Assembly: GCF_006345805.1 (NCBI RefSeq)
Contig: NC_043016.1
Location: 3,410,001 to 3,474,000, forward strand
Reading direction: 5' to 3'
Source of the DNA: Octopus sinensis
Lineage: Eukaryota
Length of the DNA stretch: 64,000 bases
Part shown: one piece after another, positions 1 through 15,118 of the stretch
Layout of the letters: each line of letters starts with the position of its first letter
How positions within the stretch are numbered: position 1 is the stretch's first letter
The notes under the pieces: generated by a model
The model's input: the letters and a program-made list of their open reading frames with translations, nothing else
What the model was told of the DNA's origin: nothing
Database searches by the model: none
Made by a program: the position numbers and the translations under genes

Positions 1-51
1 AGATTTCGGTATGGAAATATAACCATTATCGGTAGGAACTTTTTCAAAAAG

Positions 52-90
<39 letters not shown>

Positions 91-562
91 CATAATTAAG
101 GGATCAGCAAAAGTTGCTTCCCCACATACCGAAATATATAATATATATAAATTTATGATATATATAAATTCGGAAATGCCTGTTTCCCTTATGATGTCGT
201 ATGATTCAGCGTGCATGAGTTAGTTAGCATTTTCAGATTTATAATCTTGAATATCAGGAAATGAATTTTACACCATTCTAATCCCGAAACGTGTACATGA
301 TTAACTAATGCTAGTTGATTTCGTTATTTTTTCTTCTTTTTGCCTATGTGAGTTACGAGTATTACTGTCTGTGGAGATATATTGTAGTTGAAGAATTAGT
401 AGTTTGACTGCTATTTCTAAATTTCGGTATGTGGTGAAGCAACTTTTAATTATGTTTATAATTATAAAAAAACCTTTTTGTATCAGTTTTTACCGATAAT
501 GGGTTTTTTTTTCCACACCGAACTACCAGGTAAAAATGTTAATTATTAAGCTAATAATTTTT

Positions 563-565
<3 letters not shown>
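1..565. mobile_element. Fragments of a (TA)n-embedded non-coding element family in inverted orientation (related to the 19930-20257 element)
   Basis: 5-40 (ttcggtatggaaatataaccattatcggtagg) is an imperfect reverse complement of ~486-522. 109-135 (aaagttgcttccccacataccgaaat) is the reverse complement of 421-446. 404-445 matches the arm of the palindrome at 20190-20230. Confidence 0.5.
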
Positions 566-790
<225 letters not shown>

Positions 791-1273
791 AGCCTTTTTT
801 CCGGTTGCACTCGGGTTGTTGTGATTACGTGTTTCTCACAAGTGGTTTGTTTTAAAAAATAATTCCCTATTATCGAATTCACAATTAGAAAAGAGAGAGA
901 AAATCTAACGAAATCAAAATACCCTACATGCAAAATGGCCAAATGCTTCAAGGTAATCAATACAGCCTAAAGAATCCTATCGTGACTATCCAAAGTGTAC
1001 CATAACCACTTAAACTTATGTTAACCTATGGCGTGTCTACAAACAAGGTTTCTACAAAGAACAAGTTGTAATTACGCAAGCACTGACGTACATTGTATTT
1101 CTTTTAACACAGAAACGTATGTGACAGGAATAATAGTTCAACTATCGAAGAATTTCGCAGTCGATGCATTGATAGAAAGAAATTATACATTAATTCCTAT
1201 TTTTGTAAGCTGTTGAATCCGTAAAAAGCTTTTTTTTGTAGAGAGCAAAATTTGAAAGATATATGAAATGGAA

Positions 1274-1304
<31 letters not shown>

Positions 1305-1379
1305 GTGTGTGCGTGCGTGCGTGTGTGTGTGTGTGTGTGCGTGCGTGTGTGTGTGCGTGCGTGTGCATGCGTGGCAAAT

Positions 1380-4300
1380 ATGAGGATGAAAATTAAGTTC
1401 TTCATATAGAATACGTGCTCTCTCAAAAGTGTCGATCCCTTCCTTAACCTGCTTCCTCCATCTGTGGCGATGACAGGTATTGCTCTCCCAGTCCGTCTCC
1501 TGCATATCACGGGCCTCTAATGAGGACTTGACACAGTCCTTAAATCGCAGCTTTAGTTTCTGCTGTGGTCTCTTTCTACTAACAAGTTCCCCGTATAGCA
1601 TCTGTTTAGGGATCCTGCTACCCATCATTTTAATAAGGTGCTCATTTCTCAAGTTATCAACTTTCCTCAGGATCTGTGTGTCTTGAGTTTTTAAGTCCAG
1701 CCAACATTCAGAATGTGTCTCAGACATCTCTGGTGAAAGCGTCCAAGGACCCTTACATGATGTTTGTAAAGGGTCCATGTCTCACGTGAGTAAAGGAGCG
1801 ATGTCAGTACACATGCACGGTACACAGCGACTTTTGTTTGCCACATGATGCCATGTTGGGACCAGACACGAGACTGAAGAGACCGGAAGGAATCACTCGC
1901 TCTCTGCAGCCCGAAAGATATTTCATCATCCATTAGCAAGAATAGTTGTGTGTGCTGCCCAGGTAGACAAACTTATCTAGCTACTTTCAGTATTGTTCCT
2001 TCAACTAAGATAGCTGAATCCACATATAGATTTTCTGGTGCAGGCTGGAACATTACAACAGTCTTGTCCAGGCTAATGCTGAGTTCAAATGTCTTACAAG
2101 AAGCAGAAATATGGTTCATAAGTATTTGCATGTCATCCACTGTATGAGTGACCAAGTCACAGTCATCTGCATAAAGGAGGTCACGAATAAGAGACTAGAA
2201 AACTTTTGAATTGGCAGCAAATCGGCGCGGATTGAAGAGGCGGTCAGAAGATCGATATCTGATATATATTCCTAGAGAGCTAACCTTAGCAAAATCATGA
2301 GTGACAGCAGCAGCAAAGTACAAAGGAAAGAGAGTCAGCGCAAGGATGTCACCCTGCTTGACACTATTCTCTACAAGAATGGGTCCCGCCATGCCACCAG
2401 CAACATTGACCCAAGCAACATTGTATCCATGAAATATGGATGCAAAGTGATCTGGACATCCAAGTCTGCCAAGTATTTTCTATAGAAATGCCCTATTCAC
2501 AGTATCAAATATCTTTGTTAAATCAATGAATACCTGGACAAGATCCATATTCTGCTCATAGCCCTTCTCCTGTATCTGTCTTGCTGTGAAAATCATATCC
2601 ATTGTCCCTCTACCAGATCGGAAGCCACACTGAGATTCAGATAGGACATCATTTACGAGACATCCATTCAGGCGGGTAAGAAGAATATTTTTCAGAACCT
2701 TCCCAGCAGCTAATAATAGAGCAACACCTCTGTAGTTACCACACATTATTTTTGCTTCTTTTTTTTATAGAAAGGAAAAGTAATTGCACTCTTGCAGTCC
2801 TTAGGCATTGCACCATCCCTCCAGACTACACTAATAAGTTCATGAAGAGAATGTATGATGTAATGACTACCAAATCGCAAGATCTCAGCACAAATTCCAT
2901 CCCTTCCAGGTGCCCTACCAAGATTTAATTTACTTATTGCTGTCATTACCTCATCTATTGAGGGTGTAGAATTTAAGCAGCCAATGATAGGTCTTTGTTG
3001 CATAGTATCAATCATTGTTTTATACACAACTGACTCATGGTTCAGGAATTCAGAGAAGTGTTAAATCCAGCGACCTGTGGTTTCTGTTGATCGAGTAAAT
3101 AGAGTAGAAGAGTCTTTGGAAAGCAAAGAAGCTGATGCAGAGCTCTTCGGCCCATGAACTTGCTTCATAAGATGGTAAAGCTTCTTGCTGTCATTTGCAT
3201 CAGGAGCTGCCTGAACATCACGAGCAAGATCCTCTCCTCTCACCAAGTATTCTGCATCTTCCTGTGAGTTCGCTGCAGTAGTGATTTTACACTGCTATAG
3301 TGGGCAAGTGTTAGATTTCGCTGCGCAGCTGAAACTCCTCTGACAACAATACATTGTGGACATGGCACTTTACAACCAGTAGTCACTGAACTTCATCATT
3401 GTCATCAAACCAGTCTCTGTGTCTGGCAGCAACATTGAAGAACCTGGTCTCGAAAATCTTCCCGTACTGTAGTATTTCCAATGCTGGACAAGCGAGTCTG
3501 AACCTCTTTCTTCAACACAGTATAGCGTGAAGCCATTTCAAATAGTAGCGCCAATTTGTGGTAGCTGGCAATATGACGCAATATCGTATTGCCGAAGAAA
3601 TATGATTGTCGTTTTCCCATTGGTTGAAATAGCTGCTCATATAGGAATTCTGAAAATGAGTTAAAGAATATTTTTATGTGATTTCAATTCTTTAAAGTCA
3701 AGTTGAGCAGTTATCAAAACCCTGGATTTTGGGGAAAACTTTAGTGTTTGTCGGATGTAACTAAACTCCACGACACTCACTCCTTTGAGACATTGGTTAT
3801 TTGCTTATGCCATGTCTCTGAAAAATCCAAAAAGACTTGTTTGAATTGTTGAGATCTATATAGTTAGTATGAGGAATTAGTTAGCCTAAATTTTAAGTCG
3901 TAATTCTCTACGACAAAATTACTTTACTTCAAATTGTATTATAAATATTAAAAATGCTAAATGTACATAAATAAAAAAATGTAGTAATTATTTTCTCTTT
4001 CCTTACGTTCTTCAACTTATTAATGAAATGTATTTCTGTAATTATGAAGCTGTATTTTTTTTATAGCGGTTAAAAGAACACGAAATTATTTATATTCAAC
4101 ATACATGCACGCATAAAATGTCCGTTAGCGTTTCAGAAAATATATTTCTTGCTATGGCGTTTATATAACTGGAGTCAGGATTTACGTATAATGATAACAT
4201 TTATAAGTAAGTTATAAGTGATGGGTTTATCAATATACATCCCTACTTCAAAAGTAAAATATATTTATCTATTTCCAAAAAGGAAACATATAAAAATAGC

Positions 4301-5990
4301 GTTACATTAACAGTAAACCAGCCAGAAAACATCCGCTATAACAGCATCGTATATCTTGTGGTCATTCAAACACCTAGGAATTCCAACTGGCCCTCTTCTC
4401 TCTTTCACTCTAATCATCATCTGGAACTTTGATCGCACCAAACTGTGGTCTGTCCAGTATTCCGATCCATGAAAGGACTTGACATTACAAATGTCAAAGA
4501 TTCTGGATGATGACAAAATCCAGCAAGTGCCAAACTTTAAGACCTTGGATGCATCCACGTTGCTTTGCGATCACCTTTGTGCATAAAATGAGTGCTTGCG
4601 AAGTCCATGATCATCGTAAATCTCCAGCAGCATGAGACCACTGCTATTCATTTTCCCTACTCTAAAACGTCCTCGAGAGTTCCATGTTTGCCTGTTTGTT
4701 CCAACAATGGCATTGAAATTCCCTTGTAGATTGACTTTATCAGAATTGGTGAGTTTCATAAGTATGCCTCATAGCTGGGTATAAAAAGTAGTTTTATCTT
4801 CATCACAACTTGTCAAAGTAGGTGCATAGGCACTTATTAGAGTAGCAAACCGCCCACCTTTCAGGTGCAATAGGAACAAAAAGCTCTTCCAACTACTTAA
4901 GGATATCAGATCGAAATGCAAAGCCAACACCAGCCTCTCTGCGATCCTCCTTCTGCCTTCCCTTCCAAAGAAAGGTGTATCCACCTCCTACTTATTCAAG
5001 CTGACCATCACCTTCGATACGAGTCTCTGAAAGTGCAGCTATATCAATGTTATAGCGGTTCAGCTCGCGAGCAAACAAGTGCAGAGCTTTTTTAAAGCCT
5101 ACAATCACTCTTGTTTTCCAACTGAGTGCGCACATTCCAGCATGAATTGTTTAAGTTCCATCCAGATTTTGTTAAAAAAAAACTCTGTGTATTTCGAGCG
5201 TGGAGTGGACATCCGTCAGTTGCGCTAAACTGACCAGATATAGAAAGACAGGCAGTTTTTGGTTCACGTTTTCTAGAACCTCCCTGGCCTCTGGGTGAGA
5301 AGTGCCCTCTCCAAATGGAAATGTTCAGACACCCATGCAGCATCCGAATCCTACAGCTGCCTCGGGCGACAAGGAGACGACTTTATATATAGCATGGGCC
5401 GCCTACGTGCAGGACACTGACTACATGCTTCCAGCCCGTCAGGTCTGCATGCTTCACCATCTTCCCATCGCCGTAGGAATTCCGAATAAAAATAAAATAA
5501 ATAATACTAAAAATAAATAAATATATACTAAAAATAAAGATACATATACACTGAAAATAAAAATAAATATATGTAGGGAAAAAAGCAGCATTTATCGAGC
5601 AGAGTTCAACAATGCCTGTGTAGAGTTTTAGGCTCAATATGGCTTGCATGACACCTCATAGACCCTCTCGATTCTATTGACATTATCCAGTGACAAGTCA
5701 GAGCGAGAGTGACCTTCTCCCAAAGACATGCTTCAACAGATGTTGAGGAGTGCCCCACTCCCTATGGTAATCTAGCACGCCGGACACCATCCCGGAATTT
5801 CTTGCTCGATGCCGTTGAGCCTGTACTAGGTTCATCGGACCTTTCAACTGGCCCTGTTCTTAATCCCGCTGGGTTTCTAGCATATCTCCTCACAAGGGTA
5901 GCCTGGTGGGAAGTGCCAGTTTAGTCGCCGACAATCTGACCGTGCAACATGTACTGAATTCCATGTGTGAGCTTCAATTCGTAGATTAAT
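1380..5990 (-). mobile_element. RTE-clade (BovB-like) LINE, near full length, decayed
   Basis: Minus-strand fragments: APE (WNVRT, LISAYAPTLTS, GNFNAIVG, WTDHSLVRS); RT (APGRDGI, CGNYRGVALL, SESQCGFRSGRGTMDMIF, FIDLTKIFDTVNR, VKQGDILA, LLYADD at ~2165-2180); C-terminus (RIPKQMLYGEL, LRFKDCVK). Many frameshifts and stops. Confidence 0.9.
3445..4312. other. Unclassified AT-rich segment interrupting the RTE LINE
   Basis: RTE homology stops at ~4315 (after the APE domain) and resumes at ~3440 (RHRDWFDDND). The intervening sequence has no RTE motifs. Confidence 0.45.
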
Positions 5991-7823
5991 CTTATCTGAT
6001 TCCACCTCCTATTTTATGCATGGAAAATAATGCTTGCTATCTTATAGTCCTTGTTGCACCTGAGTAAAGTATGTATTTTTTTTTTCGCTTGTGCATCGTT
6101 AAGATTGGCGACACCTTAGTAACTGCCAAAAATAAATAGATAACATACGAAAAGGAGACAGAAGTAAGGGAGAAAACTATAGAAGGGAATGCCTAAAATT
6201 TATGACAATTGATGAAGGCAATGACTTCGATTTGATGATATTTCCACATAATGCTCATCCAAGCAGAGGACCAAGAAGTGACAACCACATCTTCCTTTAT
6301 TAAATCGTCCTTGTGCCTAAAACTTCGGAAATGGTGGTACTTCATTATCGCATATGTGCGATGCTAGCCTTGTCGCAATGAGAGGTACTCCGACTGTCGT
6401 TGCCAAAAAATTTCAATTAAGAACTTGACTAATAAAAACACTTTCTGAAACTATACGATTAACAAAATAGAAGTTGTGTTTGATAAGTGTAAATACTTTA
6501 AAAAAAAAAATTTTGTCATTATTTTCTTCTGGCAGCGATGAAATGTTATAATTTCTTACTGATTTGTCTTTATAATGATCATCGAATAGTTTTTTCTCCA
6601 CTACTTTTTACTATTTGAAATTTTACTTTGATTTTATCTTTTGATTTGTTTAATCATTTCTGATGGTTTATTCTACATTTTACTTCAATATAGTCAGCTC
6701 CTAGTTTATATTTTATCGCTTCCTTATATACTTGGTCTTTTGCTTTCGTCTTATTTCTTTATTACGCTAATCATTATTACACAATATCAAGAATCCTTAG
6801 CAGATATGCTTACTGCTTGCTAATATAACGCGCTAGCAGCATGCTTATTTTGCCAAAAATACCTCGTGGATATGGAATAGCATGATTGAGATTTTAAGCG
6901 CAACAGATAATGTTCCTTTTAGAAACCAAATGTTCTGAAGATGCATCTAATAAATTATTAAAAATGACACAGGCGTATATGCAAACAAAGGATAAGTGGA
7001 GAACCATGCAACTACACATACGGAACACATCAGCTGTATATACCGGATACACACACACACACACAAATGCTTTTATTCTTTTATTCTTTTACATGTTTTA
7101 TACATACATATATACATACTTACAATTATTCATGCTGCTGTATTATATATGTTTTTGTTGCATACAAATATCTCAATTCAGTATATCCATTTCTTTTACC
7201 ATGAACCCATAAACATGTAAATCGTACCAACTATCCACCTATTAATATTTTATCTAAACAAGAAACGTTGATTATTTTATAACAAGACACGTATGTTTAC
7301 GTGGTTAGTGTGTGCATGGTTTGAATTTACTAATATTTCTCTTTTCAGTGTACATATATTGCAATAAAAATATACGTAAACATTATACGACTTAGATCTT
7401 GTTTTAGTAAATCACAAATTACAATGATGTGCAAAACGGAAATCATTAAAAATTGTTTTAATTCGGAGTAGTTTTTATTTTTTTTATTCTTTTTATGAGT
7501 GCAGCAACATAGTCACAAAAACATTTAGAACTTTTCTGTTAAATTTCAAGATATAAATAAACAAGCCAACAGTAAAGCAAATTACACATAGGTCATCATT
7601 TCCCTAAATTTTTGTAAAATCTGTCCCTCCAATAACTTCCGGTTAGACACACACATATATTTCTCAACACTATTGTTGAAAACTCTGTTTCTCTCTCTTT
7701 CTCTGTCTTTCTCTTACTCTTTCTCAGTGTGTATAATGACATGTATATACGTATGTTTTTCCGTGTCTAATTATTTGAAATCTTTCTCTGAAGAAGGAGC
7801 TGGTTTACAACAAAGACAGAAAG

Positions 7824-8218
7824 CTTTTATTTGTTTCAGTCATTCGACTGTAGCCATGCTGGAGCACCGCTTTTAATCGAGCAAATCGACCCCAGGACTT
7901 ATTCTTTGTAAGCCTAGTACTTATTCTATCGGTCTCTTTTGCTGAACCGCTAAGTTACGGGGACGTAAACACACCAGCATCGGTTGTCAAGCGATGTTGG
8001 GGGGACAAACACAGACACACAAACATATACACACACATACATACATATATATATACATATATACGGCGGACTTCTTTCAGTTTCCGTCTACCAAGTCCAC
8101 TCACAAGGCTTTGGTCGGCCTGAGACTATAGTAGAAGACACTTGCCCAAGGTGCCACGCAGTTGGACTGAACCCGGAACCATGTGGTAGGTAAGCAAGCT
8201 ACTTACCACACAGCCACC
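7824..8218 (-). mobile_element. tRNA-derived SINE family A (tail shared with the CR1 LINE)
   Basis: Minus strand begins gtggctgtgtggtaagtagcttg (A box), then ggttcagtcc (B-box-like). Homologous to 27714-28075 and 32150-32375. Confidence 0.85.
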
Positions 8219-8239
8219 CTTACTTAGGTATTCACTCAC

Positions 8240-8625
8240 AAAATCAAATGCAACAATCATTATTTTTGATATAGAAACTGGAGGTTTCGAAGCAGTTCTC
8301 CATACTTATCCTCTTTCCCTTTGATTCTCAAAGATATTCACAGCAACAGGACGGCTAACCTCTATAACGCTACACATCTTTCATGTCTGCCCCAAACAAC
8401 ACCGTTCGATCTGTTATGTTTACATTTCCCAGATGTTTTGATGGGAATGGTCCACCAGTATCCCTTGTCTTGATGCTTGTGTATGTATTCAATAACAGTG
8501 GAATCTCTATATATATTCTCGTACCGTCTATTTTCCGAATGGTCTTGTGTATTGTTTTTTTTTGCGATAACATCGTATCTAATAGGGAGGCAGTACCTTG
8601 ATGACATTTTGTAACAAAACATTTT
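8240..8625 (-). mobile_element. R4/Dong-like RLE LINE fragment
   Basis: CYKMSSRYCLPIRYD...YWWTIPIKT..CKHNRS..VVWGR parallels the element at 39190-39450 (CPKMSSWYYLPMKH...HNRPDIIIWDR). Confidence 0.65.
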
Positions 8626-8932
8626 TAATGATAGAGTTGAGAAACTGTGTTTAGCTTTGTACATGAATACGTACTTAGTGGGAAATAATCAGATGTGATA
8701 ATGTGGCCACATTTATCATGTACGTGGATATGCGTGTCATGTTATGGAGAAAAACAGAGCAGTAGAGTGAAAGAGAGAGAGAGGGAAAGAGTGAGAGAGA
8801 AAGCGAGTGAGAGAGAAAGAGAGTGTGAGAAAGAAAGAGAGAAAGACAGGAATAATAGAAAGAATAGTCATGCGTTTCCAAAGTTGTAAAAATTTCCTGT
8901 TTTCTAATACCTACCTACCTACCTACCTACCT

Positions 8933-10260
8933 CGATGGTCAGGCGATCCATTTGCTGTCAACACCCGTTAAAAGGAGGGCTGGGCATGCCGTGGTTGATG
9001 ATGCGCAGACACGCGCTGAGACTGCGACATCTCTGGCTCTATGTAGACGACGGTGAACAGGTGTGGTCGCCGTTTGTGAGGCACGCTTTCCCGCAGCTCG
9101 TCTCCATGACCGAACTGCAGTCGTGGATCAAAAAGAGGCCGAGGAAGGCGAATGGCACCGCGAGTGTCGCGTTGCTCTCAAGCAACTCTGCCGTCCTGGG
9201 TCGACCTTAAGTGACTTCAACACAACCAAAGCATTCTATAGGGGTTTAGTGGAGGGGAGGTACGACGACGAGCTCGGGGCGAACCTGGACGTCGACGAGG
9301 AGTACCTGACCCGCCTGTTCGGGACGACTTTCGGGCCAGGGCCCATGGACAACTTCCAGAGATCCCTGGCCTGGCAGTGCTACCGAGAAGCGCTACCCGT
9401 TCGGGATAAGCTCTACAGACACGGCTCGAGAAACACCGGGCCGACCTGCCCGAGATGCGGTCAGAGCGACGAAACCGTTCTGCACGCACTCGTTCAGTGT
9501 CCAACAATTTCCGACCTGTGGGCTTATGTCGAACAACTGCTGTCACGTGTGGGACGAGTCGGTTTATCAGCTGAGTCTATCGTCAATATTGTCACGCCTC
9601 CTTCCTTCAAACGGGAAGGAAGAGCTATTTTCATCATCCTTGTGGCTATGGCGAAAGAATGTATCTGGTGGACGCGTCTGAAAGGATTGGAGACAAACAC
9701 TTTCCTCTCTGGTCAATCTCTCATCAACTTCTTCAAGTACCTCTTGAAAGGAAAGTGAGAGTAGAGAGGCAAGTTTTGTCTAGCGAATGTTTTAAAAAAA
9801 GATGGGTGAATGTAGCAAGAATGGCACGTATGAATGACGAAGCCACCTTGAGCATAGTCCTATGAACCCAGAAATCGAAAACAGAGAGTTGCTTATTTGC
9901 AAAAAAAAAAAAAAAAAAAAAAAAGAAATATAAAATGTGACTTCATTGACCGAGGTTACCGTGGTCTTTTCCGCAGGCTTTTCTTTCCACGGGTAAACCT
10001 CACCTGTCCTCCCCTTTACACTTCATATTGACATTTCTGTGATAACGATCCCTATTGATCATTTTTTTCCTCTCCCCCCCCCCTTTTTTTTTTTTTTTTT
10101 AACCCCCCTTATTTTTGTCCTCTTTCTCTCCTTTTACGATCCCTTTTGATCGAACCTCCCCCTTCCTTTTTTTTTTTTTTTTTTTAATACCTTCAAAAGA
10201 AAAGCTCTACCTTGTAATTTGTTCTATCTGTGTGCAGCCCTGTGTGGCTAATAAAGAAAC
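8933..10260 (+). mobile_element. Tx1/L1-type LINE copy 1 (5'-truncated)
   Basis: GGLGMP motif, zf-RVT CPRCGQSDETVLHALVQC, 3' UTR ending aataaagaaac then (TATC)n. Closely similar to 34582-35950. 5' flank is (TACC)n. Confidence 0.9.
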
Positions 10261-10275
10261 ATATCTATCTATCTA

Positions 10276-10333
<58 letters not shown>

Positions 10334-10334
10334 C

Positions 10335-10365
<31 letters not shown>

Positions 10366-10423
10366 CTTATCTATCTAGCTATCTAGCTAGCTATCCATCC
10401 ATCTATCCATCCATCCATCCATC

Positions 10424-10483
<60 letters not shown>

Positions 10484-10486
10484 CCG

Positions 10487-10577
<91 letters not shown>

Positions 10578-10690
10578 GTTTATCTATCCATCTATCTATC
10601 TACTTACCTATCTGTCTATCTGTCTATCTATCTATCTATCTATCTATCAATCAGTTTGTCTGTTTGTCTGCCTACCTACCTACTTACCTA
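10261..10690. repeat. (TATC)n/(TACC)n microsatellite
   Basis: Direct inspection. Confidence 0.95.
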
Positions 10691-13600
10691 CTTGCCCCTT
10701 TATCACTCTATTTATATCATGTTCTCATCCGTTGCACAAGTAGTCTAAACAACTCCCAGACGATGCTTTCGTCAGTTTCCTCTAATCATTTCAGTAAAAT
10801 AGATGAATGATTTTTTTCTACAGCCATTTTTGTATTTCTCAACTGCTTCACAAACGAAATTCACTTATTAGAGGGTATGCATGAGCAGCAAAGTATCTTA
10901 AGCGAAATGTAAGAAGATTCAAAATGCTCAATGTTAATGTGTTCTATCAAAGTAGATGATTTTAAAAGCTTATACGTATTTCGATCTATTGTTTCTTTCA
11001 TTTCAATACTGTTTTACTGTCTTTGCTTAAGTTTTTCTTGCACATATACCTATATTTCACTGAAGTAATGTATTGCTAATTCCGGACATAAAGCACCGAG
11101 CCACGTACTAGTATACATAAAAGAAATATAAAGGTGTAAAGTACAAACTACTAATTACAAAATAAAGAAAAAGTAAAGCAGTAGTGAAAGATTATATAAA
11201 GTCTTATCTTGAAAACTGTTTAAAGACGTCATAACTTACGTAATAATCATATTCATCAGTAATATGTGCATGATGTCATAGGTATGTGTCCTGTGACAAG
11301 TCTCGATGATATTGTTAAAGTAAGTTAATCGTCTCTTTTCAAGATGAGAGTGGCAAAGGTGAATTGTTTGGCGGTGTTTACAAAGATAAAAGTTTACAGA
11401 GAAAGAAGAGAGGTTGTGAGGAAGGTAGTTGCGGAAGCGTAGGGAAACAGTGAAATAAATGAGATCATTAAGAGATGACACAAGATGAAAATACAATTTG
11501 ACAAAGATCAATAAAGAAGATAAAGTTAATTGCTGGTCGAAGAAATAGTGTTGTCAGTCCAACCCAGTGAGGTGACGAAGAGTGGTAGTTTCCAGACATG
11601 ATAAATTATTTTCGAATAGCAGAGATAATTGACAGAGAAATGTAGAAAAATTAAGCGCTGTGGTAAGGAGTTTGGGAAGTAGAAAAAGAAAATACAATGA
11701 AGAAAAGAAAAGCTTAGCTAAGATGAGGACAAACATAATGATTTTGTATAATGAGTAAAGGGCTTGTAGAATTTATGTTTGCAACAAAAGATTATATCAG
11801 AGAATTAAATAAATAAAGAGGTACAATATTGTGTACGATTGCCGATAACATAATTTATATACGCGCTTATTTATACTGAAGGGGATTCCAACACAATTTA
11901 TAGGCTAAGACAAGACATAAATGTGTCCAGAGTCTTGAGGCGGTGACTGTAGGCGACTTGGGAAGTAGTTTTTTTTAGGAAGCCTATTTAAGAAGGAGCT
12001 CAGGAGAACAAAGTAGCATAATTTAAAGTCGATCATTCTTGAAATCGATCGTATTCCCAACGTAGACCTGAACCGGGTGGGAACGTGAAATTGTGATTAG
12101 ACACTTATATGCAACGTTATAACGCATAAAATTCCTATTTAAACAGAGATGTGTAACTCGGTAATTGCAGGTTTTTCTACCACCGGTCGACTTGTTCTCG
12201 CTAAGTATCCTATCATTGTCGATACTATCGTTTATCCTACTGATAGAAACAGTCGTGGGAGGGGTTTTCATGGTCAGTGATAGGGAAATAGGGATCATGA
12301 TTATTATTAAGTGAACCTGATCAATAACGGTTGTTTATAGAATATATTTATTCCGGAGCTGAGGCTATTCAGACTAAGAAAAGCCACACTTCGAATCTAC
12401 AACTTTAGAGGTATTGCTAGATAATGTGTTGAAATCAACACCAGGAGTTTAAGAGTCAAGGAAATGATGTTTCTTATTAGCTTCACTGTACTTACTGGTG
12501 TTTCCGCTGCTAATCCTAGGTGCGTTGGTGGTGTCGATGCAATTGTTAAGGTAAAAGGCAGAATTTCCCAGGATTACAGTGTTACTATTAACACGGTCAG
12601 GGTGGAAGCTACATCGGTGGTTTTCAGAGCCCGTAATTAGATAGTCGAGCCTGTACCTATTAGAAAGGATGATTATAGATCCCAAGTTTGGGTTTGTCGA
12701 GTATGAAATTTTAATCGAGGATTTATCTACGCTGGGATGAGAAATTGGAATTGAGGATTTTGAACTGATTTAATTTGAAGGGAAAATGAGGCTATGCGTA
12801 GAACTTGCATAGTCTTTGTAACTTATTTGCTACCTTTGCTCCTAAACTTTGTTTGGCGACATGTTTATACATTTTCTCGTATGAATCGACCAGTTATAGA
12901 CCGTTTCTCATTTTCACACATAACGTCACCGACTCCTTGCTATTCAGATGGACTCATTCATGCTGGCCTTTGCCTTCCAGTGTATGATGTTTAGCATAAG
13001 TTTCCTTAAGCAAATCCAAAAAGAGATCTTTGAGAATCATATCACAATCTCAAACTTCTCACAATTTGAAAGTACCTTAAAAGATGCTCAGACTTCCCAT
13101 GTTCTTCTCATCCTCAAATTCTGCATCAGAAATCAGTCTTTTGCTATCAGATCCAGTAAATTTCAAATAAGCATAAAAATCCCAGGAAATTTTTAATACA
13201 AATACATAGAAAAAGTCCTTTATTTTTAATGTGGGTTGACAAACTTCTTTAATAGCTTAAGTTGAATGTGAAATATTTGTATCAACTGTTTGTCTGGATT
13301 CGCCGACTTAGTTTGATCATATTTTGGGGGTCAAGCAGTAAACTGTTTCCAGTTAAGCATCCCGTAGCTTAATGTAATTTTTTGGGTCTACTGTTTCACT
13401 CATAAAAAAAAAAATGAATATAAGAATTTTGAACCACCTGACTTTCTAACACACTAAGATATACAAAACTTTCAAATAATCACATAAGTGCCAAATTTAA
13501 ACGTTGTAGATGGAATTCTTCTGAAAACTGCCAAACTCTGGTACTTATATTTTAAATACAATAGTAATGATGCATATTTATTACAATTTTGAAGAAGCAC

Positions 13601-14115
13601 CAATTTCAGGTTTCTTCGGGCTTATCTATAGTTAGCCATAATCTATGCGGAGACTCTACAAGTAGGGCATTTATGTCCCATAATTACGGTTCTGTATTTC
13701 ATTAAAGCTAATGCAAACGCCTTCAAATCTAAGCTTACAATAACTCAGTTGACCAAAATCTCATTCTGCTGAGTGAATTAAAACTCCGACGAGACAATAA
13801 ATTAATTCTTATTTGAAACAGCAGCTAGAAACTGCCTTCAAATCACTATAGCAAAAATTGAAAACGAGCAAAAATTTATTGTTTGATCTTTTGCTAAAGT
13901 TTATGACTAAGCAGTTTCTTCAAAATTTTATGTCATTTTTATAACATATATATATATTTATGCATACATATGTGTATAAACACAAACACACACATACACA
14001 TACACACACACACACACATACACACACACACATACACACACATATACATATATAAAACATATACACACATATATGTTCATATCTGTATATGTGTTTATGT
14101 AATGAATATGCATGC

Positions 14116-14148
<33 letters not shown>

Positions 14149-14257
14149 TGTATGTATGTATGTATGTATGTATGTATGTATGTATGTATGTATGTATGTA
14201 TGTATGCATGTATGTATGTGTGTATGTATATATGTGTGTATGTATGCATGCATGCAT

Positions 14258-14545
14258 GTATCGCCACAGATGGAAGAAGCAGGTTAAGGAGGGGTCGACG
14301 CCTTTGAGAGAGAACGTACTCTTCATGAAGAACTTAAGTGTGCTACTCGAAAGCGCACTGCTGGTGTAGTGAATGGGGAAAGCTTGGTTTGCAGTGTTTA
14401 CAGTCGTGTATGGTTGTCAAGAGCAGGACTCATTAGCCACCAACGGAGCTGCAAATGCAAAATATAAGTTAGTCCTAGAGTGCACAATGTTCCTGAAGGT
14501 CAGCAATGGTCTTCCTCGGTCACGAGTGGACGGCCATCATCATGT
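14258..14545 (+). mobile_element. RTE LINE 3' end embedded in (TATG)n
   Basis: cgccacagatggaagaagcaggttaagga matches the minus-strand RTE at ~1440-1470 (RHRWRKQVKEG). Ends ...ggccatcat followed by (TATG)n, with (TATG)n also upstream. Confidence 0.8.
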
Positions 14546-14859
14546 ATGTATGTATGTATGTATGTATGTATGTATGTATGTATGTATGTATGTATGTATG
14601 TATGTATGTGCGTATGTATGTATGTATGTATGTATGTATGTATGTATGTACGTACGTATGTATGTATGTATGTATGTATGTATGAATGTATGTATGTATG
14701 TATGTACGTACGTATGTATGTATGTATTTATGTATTTATGTATGTATGTATGTATGTACGTACGTATGTATGTATGTATGTATGTGTGCGCGCGCGCACG
14801 TGATTATATATACATATCGTCAGTAGTTCATATATCCGCTAAAGAAGTACATTCTAAGG

Positions 14860-15035
14860 CTATGTTTCTCAACCGAGGTTTCCCCAGAACCCTAAGGTTC
14901 TGCAAAAGGTTCTTAGGGGTTCCGCGAGAAAGTGTGAGATAGGCTAAGCTAATTTCATGATTATAATACATGCACAACATATTATTGGTTATGTAATATT
15001 GTAATATTATGATATATATAAATGTAATATATATA

Positions 15036-15118
<83 letters not shown>

